This document shows, one piece after another, positions 53,215-64,000 of a stretch of 64,000 nucleotides of DNA. Under the pieces are notes generated by a model that saw nothing but the letters and a program-made list of their open reading frames with translations, searched no databases and was not told the DNA's origin. Source of the DNA: Camelus dromedarius. Its lineage: Eukaryota. A program made the position numbers and the translations under genes. How positions within the stretch are numbered: the first letter of the stretch is position 1; each line of letters begins with the position of its first letter. The stretch is taken from contig NC_087436.1 of NCBI RefSeq assembly GCF_036321535.1, positions 7,874,001 through 7,938,000 on the forward strand. Reading direction: 5' to 3'.

Positions 53215-54685
53215 AAAATAAACTTTTAATTTTACAACAGTTTAGATTCACAGAGAAGTCACAAAATTAGTACAGAGTTCCCATATACCCATCTCCCAGT
53301 TTCCCTTTTAATAACATCTTACATCAGTTTGATGTGTCACAACAAATGATACGATACGATATTGATACTTGGTTATTAACTAAAGCCCACACATCACTCA
53401 GATTTCCTTAGTGTCTACCTAATGAATTACTCTGTTTCAGAATCCCACCCAGGATGCATTCCATTTAGTTGTCATACTCTGCAGTCCTCTCCAGACCATG
53501 ACAGTGTCTCAGACTTACTTTGTTCCTGATGACCTTGACTAATTGGAGGATTACTGGTCAGATGTTCTGTAGAATGCCCTATCAATTTGAGTTTGTCTGA
53601 TTTTATATGGTTGTGAGACAATGGGGATTTTTGTGGGGGAGGAAGACCACAGAGGGAAAGTACTATTTCCTTCCATCATACAACATGCTATTAACCTGAC
53701 ATCACTAACAATGTTAAACTTGGTTACCTGGATGAGGTGGTGTTTCTCGTATTTCTTCATTGCTACCCTTCCCTCCTTTCCACCATGTGCTCTTTGAAAG
53801 GAAGTCACTATGACCAACCCGCTACCAATTCCAAACTCGTTCTGGTCACCGCACGACAGGCCAATAAATCGGGAGATGAGGTGTTAGGGCAAGGAATAGT
53901 GACTTCATTCAGAAAGCCAGCAGATCGAGAAGATGGGAGACTAATGTCCTGGAGAACCATCTTCCCCAAGTCAGAATTCAGGCTCCTTTTATACTAAAAA
54001 AGGGAGGGGGTGTGGTTGGTTGTGCAAACTTCTTGGTGTATGAATTCTTTGTTCCCACAGCTGTCCATGTGGGCCAGCTCATGGTGCCCCTGTAAACCTC
54101 CAACAAAACAAGCATTATTTTCTATTCTGCAACTTGTTATCTTTACGTGAGTGCAGAGCTAACAAGTCTAAGCCTAGAAAACAGGACGCAGGGTTAAAGC
54201 CAAAGGAACAGATCTAATATGGAGTCAGATTTGTTTTCTGTTACAGACTCATACGTGAGTGGTCCACCTCCTTGCAGTCGTGGGGGGTGATATCTACATA
54301 AATTATTCAGAATTCTTCTATATGGAATATTTATCTATTCTCCCTATTTATGTATTTAACTCACCATACACATCAGTATGGACTTACGAATATTTTAAAC
54401 TTTGGGTTATAATCCAGTTCTATGCCATTTACTTTTATGCTCAAACTGCTCCAGCTTTGGCCACTGGCAGCCCTCGCAGTGGACATCGGGTCCCTTTCGC
54501 GTGCCCTCAGCCCTCTGTGGCAGTAGCACTTGCGTTCTCACTCTCCTCACAGGCTCATCTTGTCTATTCCTTGTCAACCCTAGGATGAGACGTGTCTCCA
54601 AGGAGCCCTGTCTCCTGTCACTGGAGAACGGTATACCAGAAACCAAGATCCAGACACTGGCTGTATTTACCACTACTGGTATGAA
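53215..54685 (-). mobile_element. Old LINE-1 3' UTR (L1MC-like) interrupted by an LTR
   Basis: aacagttttagattcacagagaag...gtacagagttcccatatacccc...; gaagtcactatg; tttgggttataatccagt...gctcaaactgctccagctttggccactgg. Confidence 0.8.
53820..54245 (-). mobile_element. ERV1-type solo LTR
   Basis: Reverse complement starts tgtaacagaaaacaaatctgactccatattagatctgttcctttggctttaaccctg, nearly identical to the start of the 50758 LTR. Confidence 0.85.
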
Positions 54686-55169
54686 TTAATTTTGAGGAAA
54701 AAGAACAGTCAATGATTTTGAATCTCATAGATAAGTGAAATCAATTTTCCTAGAAAAAATTACTGACCTATGTTCAGAAACAGCACTTAGTGGTTAGATT
54801 TTCAGCCCCTACTTATATATGTGACCACAAGCATGTCAGTTCCTAACTTGTGGGCCTCAAAAATTCATTCATCTGAAAAATGACACATAAAATTAATGGG
54901 CAGGGACTCTAGGTAGATAAAAACAACCCTGTTTGGAGAGTTTTCTGACCTGTAAACTTTGTTCTTTTCTATTAGATAAACACCCCCAAGATTACTGATT
55001 TCAAACTACCAATCAACAGACTTGCAAAAGTTCCTGAAAATTTAATTACTGATTTTCTTGAGTTGATATGAACCACCTCCAGCCATATCACAGCAAGTCA
55101 CACACATGCAAACACTCACATACACATAACCACAAACCACACAGACACACCCATATGTGCACATACATT

Positions 55170-56740
55170 TTTTAAATAAATAGAAAGGTTGTCTTTAAGA
55201 GAAAAGTAAAATTAAATGTGCCACCAGAGGCTAAAGGAAGGGGCACCTTTCACTATGCTCCTTTCTCCTACACTTGTGTCTGAGTTGAGGCCAGAGGTTC
55301 CTGAAACAGATCCCTTCTGAGAGTCAGAGCCAGATCTGACCAGACCCCGGGAGAAGCTAATGGGATTCCCTGTGGCATCAGGGGAGAAGAACAGGGCAAG
55401 ACCAGGATGTGGACTTTGCTTTCTTGGAACCACTCCAGCCTGAGTTGGAGGGGACAGTGCTACTTTACCAAATCAAACTTGGGTCCACCTGCCTGCACAC
55501 AGTAAAGCCAATCTACTGACTCTGGGCTGTGGTGAAGGAAAGTGCAGCGTTTATTGCAGGCCCCAAGCAAGGGGTCCAGATAGCCAGTCTTTAAAAGGCC
55601 TGAACTTCCTGAAGGCTTTCAGGGAAAGGTTTTTAAAGACAGGGTGAGGGAGGGGGCTGGGGGGCCTGTGATCCACTCATGGACAGTCTTCTGACTGATG
55701 GGTGGTGAGGTCAACAAGAGTCAACATCATCACCCTTCTGGTTCCAACGGGTCTGGGGTCAATGTGCTTGTGGGCAGCACACAGTTAACTTCTTCCACCT
55801 GGTGGGGGTTTCAGTATCTGCAAAACAGCTCAAAGGATATGTCTCAGAATATTATTTCTAGCCCTTAAGGAGGAACTAAAGGCCCTTGACTTGATTTGAT
55901 GACTAAACGATTATTTAGTCTTGCATGACTCTTTTCCTTTTCTTTCTGCGTTTTCTCACTTGTCTGATTAAATGTACTCTTTGGAACTTGGGGAAGCCTG
56001 GGAGACTAAAGTTTTTCTACAGACAAGAGGCAGGTGGACATGGGGGATGGGTCTGTCCCAGAAGACCCCATAGGGTCCTACTTGGTTACAGCGGGTCCTG
56101 CTTTGCTTCCCCCAGAGCAGTCTGGGGAGTGCCTGGAGACAGAAGACTCCTTGCAAAGGATGAGGTGGTACCACCGTCCTGCCTGTACGTAGCGTGATGC
56201 TCAAATTCACAGGCATTCCCTCAATGCCTTTCACTGATCCACATAAACTTGAGATTTTCCATATGAGTATCCACACCTTCCAGGACAAGATGAGCATCTC
56301 CCTTGTGTGGCTGGGTTCTCGGTGGTCCAGGAGCTGCCAGATTTTCTCCTGAATGATGATCTGGTCCTTTGTTCCTCTTGAGGGCTACTGTTTTCCAGGT
56401 GGTGGTCATGGGGTAGGTGTCAGGAAGCAGCTTCAGGTCTCCTGGGTATCCCTGCTTTCTCTAGCACTGTCTGCAAAAGATCCTGGAAAGTGATGCTCTT
56501 CTCTTCAATATCTGAAAGTACAAGGCTCTGGCAGAAGTACAAGGCTGCCAGAGCCTGATGGGACATTTGTTGGCTGATTCTTTTTGAAGCACAGAATCAC
56601 AGACAATGTGGACACCAGCAGCTTCGTGTATTCATCCACCAGGTCGAGGGCCAATGACTTTTGGACTTTCCTGATGGGTTTCTCTTGACTCTCTTTCTCT
56701 GAATGCAGCATCTCTTTTAAGTCTTCTTCCAGATATGTAT
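55170..56740 (-). pseudogene. MYBL2: Processed (retro)pseudogene of MYBL2/B-Myb: C-terminal coding region plus 3' UTR, 5'-truncated
   Basis: Minus-strand translation across frameshifts: LEEDLKEMLHSE...PIRKVQKSLALDLVDEYTKLLVSTL...LSDIEEKS..FQDLLQTVLEKA...TPTPMTTTWKTVA...GTKDQIIIQEKIWQLLDHREPSHTREMLILS. B-Myb as recalled: HLEEDLKEVLRSE...PIKKVRKSLALDIVDEDVKLMMSTL...TPAPMSSAWKTVACGGTRDQLFMQEKARQLLGRLKPSHTSRTLILS*. No introns. UTR-like sequence continues on both sides of the 55464-56090 LTR. Confidence 0.9.
55464..56090 (-). mobile_element. ERV1-type solo LTR inserted in the MYBL2 retrocopy 3' UTR
   Basis: Reverse complement begins tgtaaccaagtaggaccctatgggg; tttatt (AATAAA on minus) at ~55550; U5-like end near 55465. 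Confidence 0.8.
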
Positions 56741-57019
56741 TATATGTAGTCAAACCACTTCAATAATTGGAGAAACAAAAATTCACCCAATGATAAACCA
56801 TTTTGTAGCTACTATGGAAAAGTTCTTTTCTTTCCTCTTAATTTTAATTTCCACTATTAGCAGGAAAAATGAATCCTCATACACTGTCATAAACTTTGTA
56901 AGAGAATGATTGGTATAGTATCTGGAGGATATTAGGCAAAATCTGTCAAAAGTCTTACAGTTCTTCATATTTTTGAGTTAGCAATTCTGTTCATTAACCA
57001 TCAGTAAGATAATATAAAT

Positions 57020-57165
57020 GTAAAGAGTGCAGGCATGGAAATTAGACATTGTAGGTTTAAATATAAACCCTCTCAGTTCCTTCTTGGATAAAATAGAGAT
57101 ACTGATACTAGTACTGTTTCATAGAGTTACTGTTACTGTCACATAGTCAGCACTCAAAATATTAA
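57020..57165 (+). mobile_element. MIR fragment
   Basis: taaagagtgcaggcatggaaattagac...ctctcagttcc...taaaatagagatactgatactagtactgtttcatagagttactgt. Confidence 0.65.
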
Positions 57166-59125
57166 AGTTTAACTAAAGCACAATGGTTATAGTGCAATTT
57201 ATAATAAGATTTCTAAAAAATGAAGGAATTGATTAACTATGATAGATTTCTATGCAACCTGTGAAAGCTGTTTTGAGTGTTACCTTTATTCTGTCCTTAT
57301 ATTTCCTTTCACTTTTGAATTTTTCTACTCTGAACAAATATTTCTATGGTAATATTATTTTAGAAATACATATTTACAAATAATTGTGCCATTACTGGAA
57401 AACATAAGGAAATGATCAAATTTTTCCACATAACGTACCTTCCAGCTATTGACCCAATATTCCAACAGTCTTTAAACACAGAAAATGATTCACATGTAAA
57501 AGGAAGTGCAGACTTAATAATGTTATTTCACATGATATGTTGTGGTCATTTTTTTCCCTTTTAAATGCTCTTTAACTTTGTTCTGTAATGCACTTTTCTG
57601 TTGTAGTTTCAATGTGTCACTTTCCCTAATGGTAAACGTTTTCTGTCTCTTCCTCCCATCCTAGCAATGTTGGATTCTAACCTTTACAGCTAATATTAGC
57701 TTGACCTTTAGGACACCCAGAAACGCCCAGTTGTGCTGAGTACTTATAAAAGAGACGCCCTCATTGGGAGTTCCCTCCTACCATCCCAAGCACAAAGGGC
57801 CTTCAGCCTTATTTCCCAAGTGTGGGGCAAAGGGTAGATGGGATGTCTGCTTTTCACTTGTTGTAAATGCTAAAAACACACTTGATTTTCTTCCGTGGTC
57901 CCAAGTTCACTCCAGTTTTGTGCTTTCGCCACAGGAATTCTGACATGCAGGATGGCTTACAAAACAAGTCATGTAAGATCTATTTGTCAAGTCACCTCAC
58001 TCTCTTACAGCCTCAAAACCAAGTATATTTTTCATTTTGTAATTCATATAATCAGAATTATTTGGACCTTCAATTCTCCTTGTCCTTCACATCTTTTTTT
58101 TTTTTTTGTCATATTTCTTCAGTGTATCCTATTCAAAGTCCAAAAGACAACACACATTCAGGAATATAGTTGGTGACAAGATTACTCGATGACTGCTTGA
58201 GTATCAGCAAGTTTTCCAAAGTGCTTTCTTTCTGTTACTACAGTTTCACATTCACAAAACTGTTGTATAAACAATAAAAATGCTTTAAAACTGCTAAAAT
58301 CCTGTCTGGTTGAAGGATATGATGCCTCTGATTTGTTTTCTATTTAAAAATTAATGCTAATCCTTAACTTTGGGCTTAGAATACTATACAGAGTACAACG
58401 GAAGAGTGAGACACAGGTAGGGTTGACTGTAGACAGAACATGCTATGTATATATTTCTTTGATCTTGAGTCACACAATGATTTTGTCAGGACTTCTTAAA
58501 TGTCTCATACTCAACTTTTTAAAATTAGAATAGAAAAATGTATCAGTTAGAGATAATTGTTCCAATGTAACTGGGTGTCTTGCGTTTTATTTGCTAAATC
58601 TGGGTATCCTAGAATCAGGCATCTTTATTAAGAAAATAAATAAGTTTTAAATATAATTGACGTTTAAAAATCTCTTTTGTAATTGCTAACTCCTTTAGTG
58701 AGAGATATAAGCATATGCATTCGGTATTTTTCTTAGGAAACATAACAGAAACAATAGGCAAAGAGGACATTTCTGCTTTTACATTCATTTGACTGGATCA
58801 TTAATCTACTAGTCAGCCTCCAACAGCCGTTGCTATACTCCTAATATTGAAGTATCTGTTACTGTCTAGTCTTTAAAGTGTAAAATAATAGACAAAGAGT
58901 GTGTGCACGGGTAGTTAATACTGACAAGGGTTTAAGTTGTAGATTTCCCTCTGTGCCCCTTTATAACGAGAGAAAATCACCCAGTTCTTTCAGGCGCTGT
59001 GCGATGTGTAGCCTGTCCCAGTGAGATACCTATCTGTATGTTATGGGGTTTTTTGTTTGCTTTGTTTTGTTTTTTTCCAAACTTTCTGCTTTCATTCACA
59101 TTTCTGGCTGTAACACTTCAGTGAG

Positions 59126-59506
59126 TGTTGTGGACTGAACTGTGTCTCCTGTCCCCAGTTATATAGATGTTAAAGACCTTAACCCCCAAAGTAGTGCCAT
59201 TTGGAGACTTGGCCTTTGGGAGATGAATAGGTTTAGGTGAGCTCAAGAAGGCAAGTCCCTCATGATGAGATCAATGCCCTTTTAAAAGTTGCCTCCTCTG
59301 TGTCTCCACCGGGACACACAGAACAAAGGCCCTGAGAAGACATAACAAGAAGACAGGCGTCTCCAACCTAGAGAGCCCTCACCAGACAGTGACCCTACGG
59401 CACCTTGATCTTGGGCTTCCAGCTTCCAGAACGGAGAGAAATAAATTCCTGTTGAAAGACACATAGTGTATGGAATTTTGTTACGCAGTTGGAGCTGACT
59501 AATGCA
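59126..59506 (+). mobile_element. MaLR MLT1A/B-type solo LTR
   Basis: tgttgtggactgaactgtgtc...caccttgatcttgggcttccagcttccagaacggagagaaataaattcctgttg...gactaatgca; 5-bp flanks gtgag/gggag. Confidence 0.88.
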
Positions 59507-60379
59507 GGGAGGTAGTTCAGTGAAAATATCTTCATCAAATCACCTTGGGTGCCACAGTCATGCCTTAGACTGCTGGCTGGATCTGTGCCCCTATCACAGG
59601 GACACAGCTTCAGACTTCTCACCATGTTCCCCAGACTTGACAACATTCCAACCAAAAGGTCAGGATTAATTAACAAAAAATGCTAAAGCTCTGTGTGTGT
59701 AATATGTTGTTTGTTATTTATTTTAAATCAAATTCAGTGAACATTTTTTAAAGTATATTTAATTTAGTTGCCATCCTAGTAATCCTAGAAGGTGCAGATT
59801 AATTTTCATTGAGAAAACAGAATCACAGCAACATTTCTTCGATTCTTTCAAGGGCTTATTTTTTCATGGAACCAAAATTGAGAAATTTGAGATTCTGTCA
59901 TGTAACTCTCACTCCAAAGCAGACTACTAATATCATTGTAAGACACAATTACATTGGTTAAACTGCAATCATTTTGACATATTATGTTTTCCATGTTCAA
60001 GCTACATAGGCTTCTGAATTGTGGAAAGCCGAGGATACCAATCTTGAAATTAATTAGAATCTGGTTATAGGAAGAAGAGTATCACTACTTTTGTCAGAAT
60101 ATAAATGAACCCAATTTTTCATAATTCATGTCATTAGGGAGTAGTTTAACACTTCTGAGCCTCTGTGTGAACACTTTATAAATCCACAGAACATAATCTG
60201 TTGCACAAATATACCAGCACACATCCAGATATATTTTCCATAGATTGATAACCAAGAATTCACAGGCATACTAGCTGAAAAGCTAATATGGCCTTTATCA
60301 GATTCCTCAACCCACCACCTTTAAATTACCAAAGATGCTCAAGGAATAAATACACGATTGTTCACCTTCACTAATTATT

Positions 60380-63150
60380 ATTGATTCAGTTTTGGTAGTT
60401 TATGTCTATCAAGGAATTTCATGTCATGTAAGTTATTACACTTATGATGTGTGTATGTCTTCTCTGTAAAAATGTCTATTCAGGGCCTCAGCCTTTTGGT
60501 TTTACTTGAGTTTATTCTTTTTTAATTTAAACATATAATTTCTAAAATAGCCTTCTAGTTACTTCTTTAACAATACTGTGAAAACTTTGATGTGTTGTGT
60601 TTTCATTTTTGCTCAGGTAAAACTCTTTTCTAACTTCCATTTTTGATATCTTCTTTAATCTGTGGATTATTTAGAAATACGATTTGCTTTCCAATACTAG
60701 GTGTTTTATAATGTATATTTTTGTTAATGCTTTCTGGCTTAATTTCTTTGGATCATTTGTTGTGTGATTTCAATCTGTTTAAATTTATTGAAACTATTTT
60801 ATGGCCCAGAATATCAATCATCTGGGTGAATATTTAGTGTAAAATTGAAAACAATCTGTACCGTGAAATTTTTTGTTGTAGTGTTCTCTATATAGAAATT
60901 AGTTCAAGTCGATTAATAGTGTTGTTCAGATGTTTAATGTATTTATTGAATTTTAGTCTACTTGTTCTATCTTACACTGAGAGAGGAATGTAGGAATATC
61001 CTAATTGCTAATTTTAAAAAATTCCTATTTTCAGTCCTATTGGTTTTTACTTCATGTATTTTGAAGTTAGGTTACTGTTATTTTTGTGTGTGTGTGATGA
61101 ATTGGCCCTTGTATTATTATTATGGAATGCTCTTCTTTGTCTCTGACAATGCTCCTTATTCTGAAATCTATTGTCTGATATTAATGTACTTATTTTATCT
61201 TTCTTTTTTAGTGTTTGCATGTTATATATAATTTTCCATCTATTTTACTTTTAACCTACTTTTAATTTTGTTTTGTATTTAAAGTTTTTTGAGTTTTTAT
61301 GTATTTGTTTTTGAGGTTAACAGTCTTTCACTTTTAACTGCATATTTGTAGCATTTATATTTACTGTAACTATCAGTATAATTACATTTAAATCAATCAT
61401 CTTGTTATTCCTTATGATTTGTTTCATGTATTTTGTTTTTTAGTTTTTACATTTCCTTCCTTTTTTGCCCTTTAAAGTCTTGTTATTTTTATTACATTTT
61501 ACCTTCACTGCTAATAATGGTAGATACACTTTTATTTTAGTGTTTGTGCTATATTTTATATTACACAACTTTAACTTATCATAACTGAGTTTCAAAAAAT
61601 ATTCTAAAACCTTATTTATAGTTTAAAAAAATCTTATAATGTAATTTTTCTATTTACTTCCCAATCATTGTTCTTCAGTCATGTACTTCTAAATATTTTA
61701 TAGAACAATGCATTGCTATTCTGTATGTCCTTGATAGTCAATTTTGTTTTTAAAGTATCACATTTGAGGAAAAACTTCTACCTTTGCCCATATATTTACC
61801 ATTTCTATTACTCTATCTATTTAGGTACAATAACACATTTTTTATTATTTTTCTTCTGCTTGAATATGTTAACATTTTCTGTAGTGCAAATCAAATGATA
61901 ATGCATTCTTTCCATTTTTGTGTATCTAAAAGAATAAAAGCACCATATTTTTAAAAAGATTTTTGTGGGGGGGAATTAGAGTGGCAGCATTTAGAGGAAG
62001 TTTAAGTTTTGTTTTCTTGTGTTTCCTTTCAAAACTTTGTCTATCTATTGTCTTTAATTTTGCATACTATTGCATGAGAAGTCTGTGGACTTCCTTATGC
62101 TTACTGTTATGTAATCTATTCTGCTTTAAAAATGTTCTTTTTTAAGGTTTTATCTTCAATAATTTGATTTTGCTTTCCTATGGTGTGTTTTTCTTTATGT
62201 TTCTTCTGCTAAGGATTGACTGAAGTTCTTGGATTCATGGGTTTATAGTTTTTTAAAAAATTCACATCAAAACTTTTTGGCAATTGGTACTTCTATCTCT
62301 ATTTTTTTTTTCCTATTTTCCCCATTTTCTTTTCATCGTTTTTGCTGCTCTCTGTTTTATTTAACTCGTTCTACTTATTTTGTGTTTTCTTTCTTTTCTT
62401 TTATCTACTTGTTAAGGTAGAAACTTATCTTGCTGATTTTTAGATGTTTTCAAAATTTCTTAATGGAAATATTTAAAGTTATCAATTTATTTCTAAGTAC
62501 CACCTTCACAGCATCCCACATGAGTTGCTATGTTGATATGTTACCTTACAATGTCAGCTCTCTGATAGCTTCAAGAAAGTTATGGCTCTGTAGTTTGTGT
62601 GGCTCTCATCCTTGTTTTGATGGGAGTTATATTCTTTCAAGATTTCTGTATTTTAGATGAAAGTGGACACTGTGTTATTTCTATTCTTTCAAATGATTTG
62701 AAGCTTGAACTATGACTGGCTATGTTGTTTTTAAGGTGAAAATATCATGTACCCTAGAATGGTCTTTCCCCAGTTGTTGAGTGTAGCTACTAATTATCGA
62801 TTTGGTAGTACTTGACAGTGTTCTTCTGTGTCCTTTTAGATTTTGTCTAGTTCTACCAAGTACCAGGAAGAGGCAGAGATAAGATCTCCAACTGTGTTTA
62901 TAGATGTCTCTCTCTTTCTCCTGTTAATTCTATGATTTTTCCCCTTGAAATTTGCTGTTATTAGACACACACAATTAACTTCATTGTCTTCATAATGGAC
63001 TGACCTGTTGTTTTTATAAAATATCTGTTATCTCAGGTGATGTTTATTTTAATATAATTGTTCTGTTTTTAAAATGGTCATCATAACCCTAGTATTTACA
63101 TGGTATAACAACTCCACACATCCTATCTGTATTTTTATATGTAAAATGAA
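60380..63150 (-). mobile_element. Old LINE-1 fragments (ORF2/ORF1 region), T-rich
   Basis: tttagaaatacgatt...aaatttattgaaactattttatggcccagaata; atgagaagtctg; ttcttggattcatgggtttatag are typical L1M reverse-strand motifs. Confidence 0.7.
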
Positions 63151-64000
63151 TCTGTAGATAACAAGTGTTTGGTTAACAAAAAACATGTTACAGTTATGAA
63201 TTTATTGAAGTTTTAATTTATTCCTAAATTCACTATGTATTTATTTTTAACTTTATAAAAAGAATAGTATGTATAAGTACTCTTTTCCATTTTTTACCTA
63301 TATTTATATTATAAAAGTTGATGCATTTGTGTTAATATCAACATTTAAACTCATTATTATTGATATATAATATTCCATTGTATGAATATATTCACTCACA
63401 CTCTCTTTGAATGCATTCAGAGGTGTTTCTAACTTTTAGTGCAATGAAAAGTTCTGTACTTTAAGAACTTGCCAAATATCACATGATTATTAACCAACTT
63501 AATTTGGATTAGAACTCATATTGATTTTTTTTCCATTATCCTCAATAAATATTGTTTTCACTATTATGAGGATTTATAACAACTTCAGAAAAATCTTTTA
63601 ACATTTAATACTTTATTCACTGTAGTTTTTATATTAATGTATAATGATCTGTAAACAGAAACATATTTAAACAACTGATGTCTATTTTTGCATATTTATA
63701 AATACATGTTTTTGCAGAAATTTGTAAATAATATTTCTTTATTTTCAAATCTAATTTTAGAAATTTGAATTTCATATAGTTCCCATACTTTATTTCTAAT
63801 AATTTCCTACAGCTTGTTGTGAAATTAATGTTTCATGATTGCCCGGGAGACTATAAAAATCAAAATATAAAAATTGTTTGGAAAATAAAACATAGCTTTT
63901 TAAAACTTCAGTAAAGCTAGTATAAGATACAGATTTAGAAGTCTGCTTTATTTATTCACTAGATAAGTCCACACTTATTAAAATCATTTGGAATAACAAA

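Noticed and set aside
50758..54245. Provirus bounded by two related LTRs
   Set aside because: The LTRs are inverted rather than direct, and the spacer has no gag/pol/env.
56730..56753. MTTYNT peptide resembling bornavirus N (QMTTYTT)
   Set aside because: Too short, and the adjacent sequence is clearly MYBL2-derived; chance similarity.
1..64000. CRISPR arrays, operons, rRNA or other prokaryote-type systems
   Set aside because: The sequence is mammalian repeat-rich DNA; no regularly spaced repeats or gene-dense structure were seen.

Overview
AT-rich, repeat-dense mammalian (eutherian) DNA, intergenic or deep intronic. I can support no intact protein-coding gene. A tRNA-derived SINE at ~35.55 kb and several short young L1 3' ends resemble camelid (Vic-1-type) repeats, so the source is probably a camelid (inference). 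Most of the window is layered transposon debris: L1s (including one nearly full-length ~5.9 kb old copy), L2/MIR, MaLR/MLT2 LTRs, about seven ERV1-type solo LTRs, and two degraded class III (ERV-L) proviruses arranged head-to-head. Highlights: (1) a 5'-truncated processed pseudogene of MYBL2 (B-Myb) on the minus strand at ~55.2-56.7 kb, whose 3' UTR is split by an LTR; (2) a CpG-enriched non-repetitive island at ~20.6-21.6 kb carrying an RE1/NRSE (REST) motif; (3) an ERV-L provirus whose protease/RT segment is inverted relative to its flanks; (4) several nested or non-canonical retrotransposition events with readable target-site duplications. I found no evidence of a new functional gene system. 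Repeat family names are recognised from memory of consensus sequences, and boundaries without a TSD are approximate.
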